DNA of 64,000 nt, taken from Eledone cirrhosa (taxonomy: Eukaryota). Below are positions 1-15,600 of this stretch, piece after piece (the stretch's first letter is position 1; each line of letters opens with the position of its first letter). The notes below the pieces were generated by a model. The model was not told where the DNA came from. It saw only the letters and a program-made list of their open reading frames with translations, and ran no database searches. The position numbers and the translations under genes are program-made. The DNA is taken from the NCBI GenBank assembly GCA_964016885.1, contig OZ024746.1:51956001-52020000 (forward strand), written 5' to 3'.

Positions 1-636
1 ATACTTTGAATAGAGTAGTGTATGGTATAGAATGGTGTATATAGGTGTGTGTTGTATGGTATGGAATTCTATGTATTGGGTATGTTATACTGAATATGGA
101 GTAGTATATGGTATAGAATGGTGTATATAGGTGTGTGTTGTATGGTATGGAATTCTATGTATTGGGTATGTTATATTTTGTATCGTGTAGTGTATGGTAT
201 AGAATGGTGTATATAGGTGTGTGTTGTATGGTATGGAATTCTATGTATTGGGTATGTTATACTGAGTATGGAGTAGTGAATGGTATAGAATGGTGTATAT
301 AGGTGTGTGTTGTATGGTATGGAAATCTATGTATTGGGTATGTTATATTTTGTATGGTGTAGTGTATGGTATAGAATGGTGTATATAGGTGTGTGTTGTA
401 TGGTATGGAATTCTATGTATTGTTATGTTATACTGAGTATCGAGTAGTGTATGGTATAGAATAGTGTATATAGGTGTGTGTTGTATGGTATGGAATTCTA
501 TGTATTGGGTATGTTTTACTTAGTATGGAGTAGTGTATGGCATATAATGGTGTATATAGGTGTGTGTTGTATGGTATGGAATTCTATGTATTGGGTATGT
601 TATACTGAGTATGGAGTAGTGTATAGTATAGAATAG

Positions 637-3600
637 TGTATATAGGTGTGTGTTGTATGTTATGGAATTCTAAGTATTGGGTATGTTATACTGTGTATAG
701 AGTAGTTTATGGTATAGAATGGTGTATATAGATGTGTGTTGCATGGTATCGAATTCTATGTATTGGGTATGTTATACTTTTTATGGAGTGGAGTATGGTA
801 TAGAATGGTGTATATAGGTGTGTCTTGTATGGTAAGGAATTCTATGTATTGGGTATGTTATACTTTGAATAGAGTAGTGTATGGTATATAATGGTGTATA
901 TAGATGTGTGTTGTATGGTATGGAATTTTATGTATTGTGTATGTTATACTTAATATGGAGTAGTGTATGGTATAGCATGCTGTATATATGTGTGTGTTGT
1001 ATGGTATGGAATTATATGTATTGGGTATGTTATACTTAGTATGGAGTAGTGTATGGTATAGAATGGTGTATATAGGTGTGTGTTGTATGGTATGGAATTC
1101 TATGTATTGGGTATGTTATACTGAGTATGGAGTAGTGTATGGTATAGTATGGTGTATATAGGTGTGTGTTGTATGGTATGGAATTCTATGTATTGGTATG
1201 TTATATTTTGCATGGTGTAGTGTATGGTATAGAATGGTGTATATAGGTATGTGTTGTATGGTATGGAATTCTATGTATTGTTATGTTATACTGAGTATGG
1301 AGTAGTGTATGGTATAGAATGTTGTATATAGGTGTGTGTTGTATGGTATGGAATTCTATGTATTGGGTATGTTTTACTTAGTATGGAGTATGGTATGGCG
1401 TAGAATGGTGTATATAGGTGTGTGTTGTACGGTATCGAATTCTATGTATTGGGTATGTTATAGTTAGTATGGAGTAGTGTATGGCATAGAATGGTGAATA
1501 TAGGTATCTGTTGTATGGTATGGAATTCTATGTATTGGGTATGTTATACTTTCTATGGAGTAGTGTATGGTATAGAATGGTGTATATAGGTGTGTGTTGT
1601 ATGGTATGGAATTCTATGTATTAGGTATGTTATGCTGAGTATGGAGTAGTGTATGGTATAGAATGGTGTATATAGGTGTGTGTTGTATGGTATGGAATTC
1701 TATGAATTGGGTATGTTATATTTAGTATGGAGTAGTGTATAGTATAGAATGGTGTATATAGGTGTGTGTTGTATGTTATGGAATTCTATGTATTAGTATG
1801 TTAAAATGAGTATGGAGTAGTGTATGGTATAGAATGGTGTATATAGGTGTGTGTTGTATGGTATGGAATTCTATGAATTGGGTATGTTATATTTAGTATA
1901 GAGTAGTGTATGGTGTAGACTGGTGTATATAGGTGTGTGTTGTATGGTATGGAATTCTATGTATTGGTTATGTTATATTTAGTATGGAGTAGTGTATGGC
2001 ATAGAATGGTGTATATAGGTGTGTGTTGTATGGTATGGAATGCTATGTATTGGGTATGTTATACTTTGTATTGAGTAGTGTATGGTATAGAATGGTGTAT
2101 ATAGGTGTGTGTTGTATGGTATGGAATTCTATGTATTGGGTATGTTATACTTTGTATGGAGTAGTGTATGGTATAGAATGGTGTGTATGGGTGTGTGTTG
2201 TATGGTATGGAATTCTATGTATTAGGTATGTTATACTGAATATGGAGTAGTGTATGGTATAGAATGGTGTATATAGGTGTGTGTTGTATGGTATGGAATT
2301 CTATGAATTGGGTATGTTATATTTAGTATGGAGTAGTGTATGGTATAGAATGGTGTATATAGATGTGTGTTGTATGGTATGGAATTCTATGTATTGGGTA
2401 TGTTATACTGAGTATGGAGTAGTGTATGGTATAGAATGGTGTATATAGATGTGTGTTGTATGGTATGGAATTCTATGTATTAGTATGTTATACTGAGTAT
2501 GGAGTAGTGTATGGTATAGAATGGTGTATATAGGTGTGTGTTGTATGGTATGGAATTCTATGTATTGGGTATGTTTTACTTAGTATGGAGTAGTGTATGG
2601 CATAGAATGGTGTATATAGATGTGTGTTGTATGGTATGGAATTCTAAGTATTGGGTATGTTATACTGTGTATGGAGTAGTGTATGGCATATAATGGTGTA
2701 TATAGGTGTGTCTTGTAGGGTTAAGAATTCTATGTATTGGGTATGTTATACTTTGAATAGAGTAGTGTATGGTATAGAATGGTGTACATAGATGTGTGTT
2801 GTATGTTATGGAATTTTATGTATTGGGTATCTTATACTTAATATGGAGTAGTGTATGGTATAGAATGCTCTATATATGTGTGTGTTGTATGGTATGGAAT
2901 TATATGTATTGTGTATGTTATACTTAGTACGGAGTAGTGTATGGTATAGAATGGTGTATATAGCTGTGTGTTGTATGGTATGGAATTCTATGTATTGGGT
3001 ATGTTATACTGAGTATGGAGTAGTGTATGGTATAGAATGGTGTATATAGGTGTGTGTTGTATGGTATGGAATTCTATGTATTGTTATGTTATACTGAGTA
3101 TGGAGTAGTGTATGGTATAGAATGGTGTGTATAGGTGTGTGTTGTATGGTATGGAATTCTATGTATTGGGTATGTTATACTGAGTATGGAGTAGTGTATG
3201 GTATAGAATGGTGTATATAGGTGTGTGTTGTATGGTATGGAATTCTATGTATTAGGTATGTTATACTGAGTATGGAGTAGTGTATGGTATAGAATGGTGT
3301 ATATAGGTGTGTGTTGTATGGTATGGAATTCTATGTATAGGGTATGTTATACTTTGTATGGAGTATTGTATGGTATAGAATGGTGTATATAGGTGTGTCT
3401 TGTATGGTTAAGAATTGTATGTATTGGGTATGTTATACTTAGTATGGAGTAGTGTATGGCATAGAATGGTGTATATAGGTGTGTGTTGTATGTTATGGAA
3501 TTCTATGTATTAGTATGTTATACTGAGTATGGAGTAGTGTATGGTATAGAATGGTGTATATAGGTGTGTGTTGTATGGTATGGAATTCTATGAATTGGGT

Positions 3601-6600
3601 ATGTTATATTTAGTATAGAGTAGTGTATGGTATAGACTGGTGTATATAGGTGTGTGTTGTATGTTATGGAATTCTAAGTATTGGGTATGTTATACTGTGT
3701 ATAGAGTAGTTTATGGTATAGAATGGTGTATATAGATGTGTGTTGCATGGTATCGAATTCTATGTATTGGGTATGTTATACTTTTTATGGAGTGGAGTAT
3801 GGTATAGAATGGTGTATATAGGTGTGTCTTGTATGGTAAGGAATTCTATGTATTGGGTATGTTATACTTTGAATAGAGTAGTGTATGGTATATAATGGTG
3901 TATATAGATGTGTGTTGTATGGTATGGAATTTTATGTATTGTGTATGTTATACTTAATATGGAGTAGTGTATGGTATAGCATGCTGTATATATGTGTGTG
4001 TTGTATGGTATGGAATTATATGTATTGGGTATGTTATACTTAGTATGGAGTAGTGTATGGTATAGAATGGTGTATATAGGTGTGTGTTGTATGGTATGGA
4101 ATTCTATGTATTGGGTATGTTATACTGAGTATGGAGTAGTGTATGGTATAGTATGGTGTATATAGGTGTGTGTTGTATGGTATGGAATTCTATGTATTGG
4201 TATGTTATATTTTGCATGGTGTAGTGTATGGTATAGAATGGTGTATATAGGTATGTGTTGTATGGTATGGAATTCTATGTATTGTTATGTTATACTGAGT
4301 ATGGAGTAGTGTATGGTATAGAATGTTGTATATAGGTGTGTGTTGTATGGTATGGAATTCTATGTATTGGGTATGTTTTACTTAGTATGGAGTATGGTAT
4401 GGCGTAGAATGGTGTATATAGGTGTGTGTTGTACGGTATCGAATTCTATGTATTGGGTATGTTATAGTTAGTATGGAGTAGTGTATGGCATAGAATGGTG
4501 AATATAGGTATCTGTTGTATGGTATGGAATTCTATGTATTGGGTATGTTATACTTTCTATGGAGTAGTGTATGGTATAGAATGGTGTATATAGGTGTGTG
4601 TTGTATGGTATGGAATTCTATGTATTAGGTATGTTATACTGAGTATGGAGTAGTGTATGGTATAGAATGGTGTATATAGGTGTGTGTTGTATGGTATGGA
4701 ATTCTATGAATTGGGTATGTTATATTTAGTATGGAGTAGTGTATAGTATAGAATGGTGTATATAGGTGTGTGTTGTATGTTATGGAATTCTATGTATTAG
4801 TATGTTAAAATGAGTATGGAGTAGTGTATGGTATAGAATGGTGTATATAGGTGTGTGTTGTATGGTATGGAATTCTATGAATTGGGTATGTTATATTTAG
4901 TATAGAGTAGTGTATGGTATAGACTGGTGTATATAGGTGTGTGTTGTATGGTATGGAATTCTATGTATTGGTTATGTTATATTTAGTATGGAGTAGTGTA
5001 TGGCATAGAATGGTGTATATAGGTGTGTGTTGTATGGTATGGAATGCTATGTATTGGGTATGTTATACTTTGTATTGAGTAGTGTATGGTATAGAATGGT
5101 GTATATAGGTGTGTGTTGTATGGTATGGAATTCTATGTATTGGGTATGTTATACTTTGTATGGAGTAGTGTATGGTATAGAATGGTGTGTATGGGTGTGT
5201 GTTGTATGGTATGGAATTCTATGTATTAGGTATGTTATACTGAATATGGAGTAGTGTATGGTATAGAATGGTGTATATAGGTGTGTGTTGTATGGTATGG
5301 AATTCTATGAATTGGGTATGTTATATTTAGTATGGAGTAGTGTATGGTATAGAATGGTGTATATAGATGTGTGTTGTATGGTATGGAATTCTATGTATTG
5401 GGTATGTTATACTGAGTATGGAGTAGTGTATGGTATAGAATGGTGTATATAGATGTGTGTTGTATGGTATGGAATTCTATGTATTAGTATGTTATACTGA
5501 GTATGGAGTAGTGTATGGTATAGAATGGTGTATATAGGTGTGTGTTGTATGGTATGGAATTCTATGTATTGGGTATGTTTTACTTAGTATGGAGTAGTGT
5601 ATGGCATAGAATGGTGTATATAGATGTGTGTTGTATGGTATGGAATTCTAAGTATTGGGTATGTTATACTGTGTATGGAGTAGTGTATGGCATATAATGG
5701 TGTATATAGGTGTGTCTTGTAGGGTTAAGAATTCTATGTATTGGGTATGTTATACTTTGAATAGAGTAGTGTATGGTATAGAATGGTGTATATAGATGTG
5801 TGTTGTATGTTATGGAATTTTATGTATTGGGTATCTTATACTTAATATGGAGTAGTGTATGGTATAGAATGCTCTATATATGTGTGTGTTGTATGGTATG
5901 GAATTATATGTATTGTGTATGTTATACTTAGTACGGAGTAGTGTATGGTATAGAATGGTGTATATAGCTGTGTGTTGTATGGTATGGAATTCTATGTATT
6001 GGGTATGTTATACTGAGTATGGAGTAGTGTATGGTATAGAATGGTGTATATAGGTGTGTGTTGTATGGTATGGAATTCTATGTATTGTTATGTTATACTG
6101 AGTATGGAGTAGTGTATGGTATAGAATGGTGTGTATAGGTGTGTGTTGTATGGTATGGAATTCTATGTATTGGGTATGTTATACTGAGTATGGAGTAGTG
6201 TATGGTATAGAATGGTGTATATAGGTGTGTGTTGTATGGTATGGAATTCTATGTATTAGGTATGTTATACTGAGTATGGAGTAGTGTATGGTATAGAATG
6301 GTGTATATAGGTGTGTGTTGTATGGTATGGAATTCTATGTATAGGGTATGTTATACTTTGTATGGAGTATTGTATGGTATAGAATGGTGTATATAGGTGT
6401 GTCTTGTATGGTTAAGAATTGTATGTATTGGGTATGTTATACTTAGTATGGAGTAGTGTATGGCATAGAATGGTGTATATAGGTGTGTGTTGTATGTTAT
6501 GGAATTCTATGTATTAGTATGTTATACTGAGTATGGAGTAGTGTATGGTATAGAATGGTGTATATAGGTGTGTGTTGTATGGTATGGAATTCTATGAATT

Positions 6601-6667
6601 GGGTATGTTATATTTAGTATAGAGTAGTGTATGGTATAGACTGGTGTATATAGGTGTGTGTTGTATG
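637..6667. repeat. Tandem duplication of a 3004-bp (35-monomer) block: about 637-3640 and 3641-6667
   Basis: Identical ORFs at 2023 and 5027 (offset 3004). Rare variants AGTAGTTTAT, GGAGTGGAGT, TAGCATGCTG, TTAAAATGAG and AAGAATTGTA recur at the same offset. Only 3 differences were noticed (about 1634, 1915, 2787). Confidence 0.95.
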
Positions 6668-9600
6668 GTATGGAATTCTAAGTATTGGGTATGTTATACT
6701 GTGTATGGAGTAGTGTATGGTATAGAATGGTGTATATAGATGTGTGTTGCATGGTATGGAATTCTATGTATTGGGTATGTTATATTTTGTATGGTGTAGT
6801 GTATGGTATAGAATGGTGTATGTAGGTGTGTGTTGTAGGGTATGGAATTCTATGTATTGTTATGTTATACTGAGTATGGAGTAGTGTATGGTATAGAATG
6901 GTGTATATAGGTGTGTGTTGTATGGTATGGAATTCTATGTATTGGGTATATTTTACTTAGTATGGAGTAGTGTATGGCATAGAATGGTGTATATAGGTGT
7001 GTGTTGTATGGTATGGAATTCTTGTATTGGGTATATTATACTTTGTATGGAGTAGTGTACGGTATAGAATGGTGTATATAGGTGTGTGTTGTATGGTATG
7101 GAATTCTATGTATTGGGTATATTTTACTGAGTATGGAGTAGTGTATGGTATAGAATGGTGTATATAGGTGTGTGTTGTATGGTATGGAATTCTAAGTATT
7201 GAGTATGTTATATGTGTATGGAGTAGTGTATGGTATAGAATGGTGTATATAGATGTGTGTTGCATGGTATCGAATTCTATGTATTGGGTATGTTATACTT
7301 TGTATGGAGTAGTGTATGGTATAGAATGGTGTATATAGGTGTGCTTGTATGGTTAAGAATTCTATGTATTGGGTATGTTATACTTTGAATAGAGTAGTGT
7401 ATGGTATAGAATGGTGTATATAGATGTGTGTTGTATGTTATGGAATTTTATGTATTGGGTATGTTATACTTAATATGGAGTAGTGTATGGTATAGAATGC
7501 TCTATATATGTGTGTTGCATGGTATGGAATTATATGTATTGGGTATGTTATATTAGTACGGAGTAGTGTATGGTATAGAATGGTGTATATAGCTGTGTGT
7601 TGTATGGTATGGAATTCTATGTATTGGGTATGTTATACTGAGTATGGAGTAGTGTATGGTATAGAATGGTGTATATAGGTGTGTGTTGTATGGTATGGAA
7701 TTCTATGTATTGTTATGTTATACTGAGTATGGAGTAGTGTAAGGTATAGAATGGTGTATATAGGTGTGTGTTGTATGGTATGGAATTCTATGTATTGGGT
7801 ATGTTTTACTTAATATGGAGTAGTGTATGGCATAGAATGGTGTATATAGGTGTGTGTTGTATGGTATGGAATTCTATATATTGGGTATATTATACTTTGT
7901 ATGGAGTAGTGTATGGTATAGAATGGTGTATATAGGTGTGTGTTGTATGGTATGGAATTCTATGTATTAGGTATGTTATACTGAGTATGGAGTAGTGTAT
8001 GGTATAGAATGGTGTATATAGGTGTGTGTTGTATGGTATGAAATTCTATGTATTAGGTATGTTATACTGAGTATGGAGTAGTGTATGGTATAGAATGGTG
8101 TATATAGGTGTGTGTTGTATGGTATGGAATTCTATGTATAGGGTATGTTATACTTTGTATGGAGTAGTGTATGGTATAGAATGGTGTATATAGGTGTGTG
8201 TCGTATGGTATAGAATTCTATGTATTGGGTATGTTATACTTAGTATGGAGTAGTGTATGGCATAGACTGGTGTATATAGGTGTGTGTTGTATGGTATGGT
8301 ATTCTATGTATTGGGTATGTTATACTGTGTATGGAATAGTGTATGGTATAGAATGGTGTATATAGGTGTGTGTTGCATGGTATCGAATTCTATGTATTGG
8401 GTATGTTATACTTTGTATGGGGTAGTGTATGGTATAGAATGGTGTATATAGGTGTGTGTTGTATGGTATGGAATTCTATGTATTGGTTATGTTATACTTA
8501 GTATGGAGTAGTGTATGGCATAGAATGGTGTATATAGGTGTGTGTTGTATGGTATGGAATTCTATGTATTGGGTATGTTATACTGTGTATGGAGTAGTGT
8601 ATGGTATAGAATGGTGTATATAGCTGTGTCTTGTATGGTAAGGAATTCTATGTATTGGGTATAAGATACTTTGAATAGAGTAGTGTATGGTATAGAATGG
8701 TGTATATAGATGTGTTTTGTATGGTATGGAATTTTATGTATTGGGTATGTTATACTTAATATGGAGTAGTGTATGGTATAGAATGCTCTATATATGTTTG
8801 TGTTGTATGGTATGGAATTATATGTATTGGGTATGTTATACTTAGTATGGAGTAGTGTATGGTATAGTATGGTGTATATAGGTGTGTGTTGTATGGTATG
8901 GAATTCTATGTATTGGGTATGTTATACTGAGTATGGAGTAGTGAATGGTATAGAATGGTGTATATAGGTGTGTGTTGTATGGTATGGAAATCTATGTATT
9001 GGGTATGTTATATTTTGTATGGTGTAGTGTATGGTATAGAATGGTGTATATAGGTGTGTGTTCTATGGTATGGAATTCTATGTATTGTTATGTTATACTG
9101 AGTATGGAGTAGTGTATGGTATAGAATGGTGTATATAGGTGTGTGTTGTATGGTATGGCATTCTATGTATTGGGTATGTTTTACTTAGTAAGGAGTAGTG
9201 TATGGCATAGAATGGTGTATATAGGTGTGTGTTGTATGGTATGGAATTCTATGTATTGGGTATATTATACTTTGTATGGAGTAGTGTATGGTATAGAATG
9301 GTGTATATAGGTGTGTGTTGTATGGTATGGAATTCTATGTATTAGGTATGTTATACTGAGTAAGGAGTAGTGTATGGTATAGAATGGTGTATATAGGTGT
9401 GTGTTGTATGGTATGGAATTCTATGTATTGGGTATGTTATACTGAGTATGGAGTAGTGAATGGTATAGAATGGTGTATATAGGTGTGTGTTGTATGGTAT
9501 GGAAATCTATGTATTGGGTATGTTATATTTTGTATGGTGTAGTGTATGGTATAGAATGGTGTATATAGGTATGTGTTGTACGGTATGGAATTCTATGTAT

Positions 9601-12600
9601 TGGGTATGTTATAGTTAGTATGGAGTAGTGTATGGCATAGAATGGTGTATATAGGTGTCTGTTGTATGGTATGGAATTCTATGTATTAGTATGTTATACT
9701 GAGTATGGAGTAGTGTATGGTATAGAATGGTGTATATAGGTGTGTGTTGCATGGTATGGAATTCTATGTATTGGGTATGTTATACTGAGTATGGAGTAGT
9801 GTATAGTATAGAATGGTGTATATAGGTGTGTGTTGTATGGTATGGAATTCTAAGTATTGGGTATGTTATACTGTGTATGGAGTAGTGTATGGTATAGAAT
9901 GGTGTATATAGATGTGTGTTGCATGGTATCGAATTCTATGTATTGGGTATGTTATACTTTGTATGGAGTAGTGTAAGGTATAGAATGGTGTATATAGGTG
10001 TGTCTTGTATGGTTAAGAATTCTATGTATTGGATATGTTATACTTTGAATAGAGTAGTGTATGCTATTGAATGGTGTATATAGATGTGTGTTGTATGTTA
10101 TGGAATTTTATGTATTGGGAATGTTATACTTAATATGGAGTAGTGTATGGTATAGAATGCTCTATATATGTGTGTGTTGTATGGTATGGAATTATATGTA
10201 TTGGGTATGTTATACTTAGTACGGAGTAGTGTATGGTATAGAATGGTGTATATAGCTGTGTGTTGTATGGTATGGAATTCTATGTATTGGGTATGTTATA
10301 CTGAGTATGGAGTAGTGTATGGTATAGAATGGTGTGTATAGGTGTGTGTTGTATGGTATGGAATTCTATGTATTGTTATGTTATACTGAGTATGGAGTAG
10401 TGTATGGTATAGAATGGTGTATATAGGTGTGTGTTGTATGGTATGGAATTCTATGTATTAGGTATGTTATACTGAGTATTGAGTAGTGTATGGTATAGAA
10501 TGGTGTATATAGGTGTGTGTTGTATGGTATGGAATTCTATGTATTAGGTATGTTATACTGAGTATGGAGTAGTGTATGGTATAGAATGGTGTATATAGGT
10601 GTGTGTTGTATGGTATGGAATTCTATGTATAGGGTATGTTATACTTTGTATGGAGTAGTGTATGGTATAGAATGGTGTATATAGGTGTGTGTTGTATGGT
10701 ATAGAATTCTATGTATTGGGTATGTTATACTTAGTATGGAGTAGTGTATGGCATAGACTGGTGTATATAGGTGTGTGTTGTATGGTATGGTATTCTATGT
10801 ATTGGGTATGTTATACTGTGTATGGAGTAGTGTATGGTATAGAATGGTGTATATTGGTGTGTGTTGCATGGTATCGAATTCTATGTATTGGGTATGTTAT
10901 ACTTTGTATGGAATAGTGTATGGTATAGAATGGTGTATATAGGTGTGTGTTGTATGGTATGGAATTCTATGTATTGGGTATGTTATACTGTGTATGGAGT
11001 AGTGTATGGTATAGAATGGTGTATATAGGTGTGTCTTGTATGGTAAGGAATTCTATGTATTGTGTATAAGATACTTTGAATAGAGTAGTGTATGGTATAG
11101 AATGGTGTATATAGGTGTGTGTTGTATGGTATGGAATTCTATGTATTGGGTATGTTATACTGAGTATGGAGTAGTGTATGGTATAGAATGGTGTATATAT
11201 GTGTGTGTTGTATGGTATGGAATTCTATGTATTGGGTATGTTATATTTTGTATGGTGTACTGTATGGTATAGAATGGTGTATATAGGTGTGTGTTGTATG
11301 GTATGGAATTCTATGTATTGGGTATGTTATACTGAGTATGGAGTAGTGAATGGTATAGAATGGTGTATATAGGTGTGTGTTGTATGGTATGGAAATCTAT
11401 GTATTGGGTATGTTATATTTTGTATGGTGTAGTGTATGGTATAGAATGGTGTATATAGGTGTGTGTTGTATGGTATGGAATTCTATGTATTGTTATGTTA
11501 TACTGAGTATCGAGTAGTGTATGGTATAGAATAGTGTATATAGGTGTGTGTTGTATGGTATGGAATTCTATGTATTGGGTATGTTTTACTTAGTATGGAG
11601 TAGTGTATGGCATATAATGGTGTATATAGGTGTGTGTTGTATGGTATGGAATTCTATGTATTGGGTATGTTATACTGAGTATGGAGTAGTGTATAGTATA
11701 GAATAGTGTATATAGGTGTGTGTTGTATGTTATGGAATTCTAAGTATTGGGTATGTTATACTGTGTATAGAGTAGTGTATGGTATAGAATGGTGTATATA
11801 GATGTGTGTTGCATGGTATCGAATTCTATGTATTGGGTATGTTATACTTTTTATGGAGTAGAGTATGGTTTAGAATGGTGTATATAGGTGTGTCTTGTAT
11901 GGTAAGGAATTCTATGTATTGGGTATGTTATACTTTGAATAGAGTAGTGTATGGTATAGAATGGTGTATATAGATGTGTGTTGTATGGTATGGAATTTTA
12001 TGTATTGTGTATGTTATACTTAATATGGAGTAGTGTATGGTATATCATGCTGTATATATGTGTGTGTTGTATGGTATGGAATTCTATGTATTGGGTATGT
12101 TATACTTAGTATGGAGTAGTGTGTGGTATAGAATGGTGTATATAGGTGTGTGTTTTATGGTATGGAATTCTATGTATTGGGTATGTTATACTGAGTATGG
12201 AGTAGTGTATGGTATAGTATGGTGTATATAGGTGTGTGTTGTATGGTATGGAATTCTATGTATTGGTATGTTATATTTTGCATGGTGTAGTGTATGGTAT
12301 AGAATGGTGTATATAGGTATGTGTTGTATGGTATGGAATTCTATGTATTGTTATGTTATACTGAGTATGGAGTAGTGTATGGTATAGAATGGTGTATATA
12401 GGTGTGTGTTGTATGGTATGGAATTCTATGTATTAGGTATGTTATACTGAGTATGGAGTAGTGTATGGTATAGAATGGTGTATATAGGTGTGTGTTGTAT
12501 GGTATGGAATTCTATGAATTGGGTATGTTATATTTAGTATGGAGTAGTGTATGGTATAGAATGGTGTATATAGGTGTGTGTTGTATGTTATGGAATTCTA

Positions 12601-15600
12601 TGTATTAGTATGTTATAATGAGTATGGAGTAGTGTATGGTATAGAATGGTGTATATAGGTGTGTGTTGTATGGTATGGAATTCTATGAATTGGGTATGTT
12701 ATATTTAGTATAGAGTAGTGTATGGTATAGACTGGTGTATATAGGTGTGTGTTGTATGGTATGGAATTCTATGTATTGGTTATGTTATATTTAGTATGGA
12801 GTAGTGTATGGCATAGAATGGTGTATATAGGTGTGTGTTGTATGGTATGGAATGCTATGTATTGGGTATGTTATACTTTGTATTGAGTAGTGTATGGTAT
12901 AGAATGGTGTATATAGGTGTGTGTTGTATGGTATGGAATTCTATGTATTGGATATGTTTTACTTAGTATGGAGTAGTGTATGGCATATAATGGTGTATAT
13001 AGGTGTGTGTTGTACGGTATGGAATTCTATGTATTGGGTATGTTATACTTAGTATGGAGTAGTGTATGGCATAGAATGGTGTATATAGGTGTGTGTTGTA
13101 TGGTATGGAATTCTATGTATTGGGTATGTTATACTTTGTATGGAGTAGTGTATGGTATAGAATGGTGTATATGGGTGTGTGTTGTATGGTATGGAATTCT
13201 ATGTATTAGGTATGTTATACTGCATATGGAGTAGTGTATGGTATAGAATGGTGTATATAGGCGTGTGTTGTATGGTATGGAATTCTATGAATTGGGTATG
13301 TTATATTTAGTATGGAGTAGTGTATGGTATAGAATGGTGTATATAGGTGTGTGTTGTATGTTATGGAATTCTATGTATTAGTATGTTATACTGAGTATGG
13401 AGTAGTGTATGGTATAGAATGGTGTATATAGGTGTGTGTTGTATGGTATGGAATTCTAAGTATTGGGTATGTTATACTGTGTATGGAGTAGTGTATGGTA
13501 TAGAATGGTGTATATAGATGTGTGTTGCATGGTATCGAATTCTATATATTGGTTATGTTATACTTTGTATGGAGTAGTGTATGGTATAGAATGGTGTATA
13601 TAGGTGTGTCTTGTAGGGTTAAGAATTCTATGTATTGGGTATGTTATACTTTGAATAGAGTAGTGTATGGTATAGAATGGTGTATATAGATGTGTGTTGT
13701 ATGTTATGGAATTTTATGTATTGGGTATGTTATACTTAATATGGAGTAGTGTATGGTATAGAATGCTCTATATATGTGTGTGTTGTATGGTATGGAATTA
13801 TATGTATTGTTATGTTATACTGAGTATGGAGTAGTGTGTGGTATAGAATGGTGTGTATAGGTGTGTGTTGTATGGTATGGAATTCTATGTATTGGGTATG
13901 TTATACTGAGTATGGAGTAGTGTATGGTATAGAATGGTGTATATAGGTGTGTGTTGTATGGTATGGAATTCTATGTATTAGGTATGTTATACTGAGTATG
14001 GAGTAGTGTATGGTATAGAATGGTGTATATAGGTGTGTGTTGTATGGTATGGAATTCTATGTATAGGGTATGTTATACTTTGTATGGAGTATTGTATGGT
14101 ATAGAATGGTGTATATAGGTGTGTCTTGTATGGTTAAGAATTGTATGTATTGGGTATGTTATACTTAGTATGGTGTAGTGTATGGCATAGAATGGTGTAT
14201 ATAGGTGTGTGTTGTATGGTATGGTATTCTATGTATTGGGTATGTTATACTGTGTATGGAGTAGTGTATGGTATAGAATGGTGTACATAGGTGTGTGTTG
14301 CATGGTATCGAATTCTATGTATTGGGTATGTTATACTTTGTATGGATTAGTGTATGGTATAGAATGGTATATATAGGTGTGTGTTGTATGGTATGGAATT
14401 CTATGTATTGGTTATGTTATACTTAGTATGGAGTAGTGTAGGGCATAGAATGGTGTATATAGGTGTGTGTTTTATGGTATGGAATTCTATGTATTGGGTA
14501 TGTTATACTGTGTATGGAGTAGTGTATGGTATAGAATGGTGTATATAGGTGTGTCTTGTATGGTAAGGAATTCTATGTATTGGGTATAAGATACTTTGAA
14601 TAGAGTAGTGTATGGTATAGAATGGTGTATATAGATGTGTGTTGTATGGTATGGAATTTTATGTATTGGGTATGTTATACTTAATATGGAGTAGTGTATG
14701 GTATAGAATGCTCTATATATGTTTGTGTTGTATGGTATGGAATTATATGTATTGGGTATGTTATACTTAGTATGGAGTAGTGTATGGTATAGAATGGTGT
14801 ATATAGGTGTGTGTTGTATGGTATGGAATTCTATGTATTGGGTATGTTATACTGAGTATGGAGTAGTGAATGGTATAGTATGGTGTATATAGGTGTGTGT
14901 TGTATGGTATGGAATTCTATGTATTGGGTATGTTATATTTTGTATGGTGTAGTGTATGGTATAGAATGGTGTATATAGGTGTGTGTTGTATGGTATGGAA
15001 TTCAATGTATTGTTATGTTATACTGAGTATGGAGTAGTGTATGGTATAGAATGGTGTATATAGGTGTGTGTTGTATGGTATGGAATTCTATGTATTGGGT
15101 ATGTTTTACTTAGTATGGAGTAGTGTATGGCATAGAATGGTGTATATAGGTGTGTGTTGTATGGTATGGAATTCTATGTATTGGGTATATTATACTTTGT
15201 ATGGAGTAGTGTATGGTATAGAATGGTGTATATAGGTGTGTGTTGTATGGTATGGAATTCTATGTATTAGGTATGTTATACTGAGTATGGAGTAGTGTAT
15301 GGTATAGAATGGTGTATATAGGTGTGTGTTGTATGGTATGGAATTCTATGTATTGGTTATGTTATACTGAGTATGGAGTAGTGTATGGTATAGAATGGTG
15401 TATATAGGTGTGTGTTGTATGGTATGGAATTCTAAGTATTGGGTATGTTATACTGTGTATGGAGTAGTGTATGGTATAGAATGGTGTATATAGATGTGTG
15501 TTGCATGGTATCGAATTCTATGTATTGGGTTTGTTATACTTTTTATGGAGTAGTGTATCGTATAGAATGGTGTACATAGGTGTGTCTTGTATGGTAAGGA

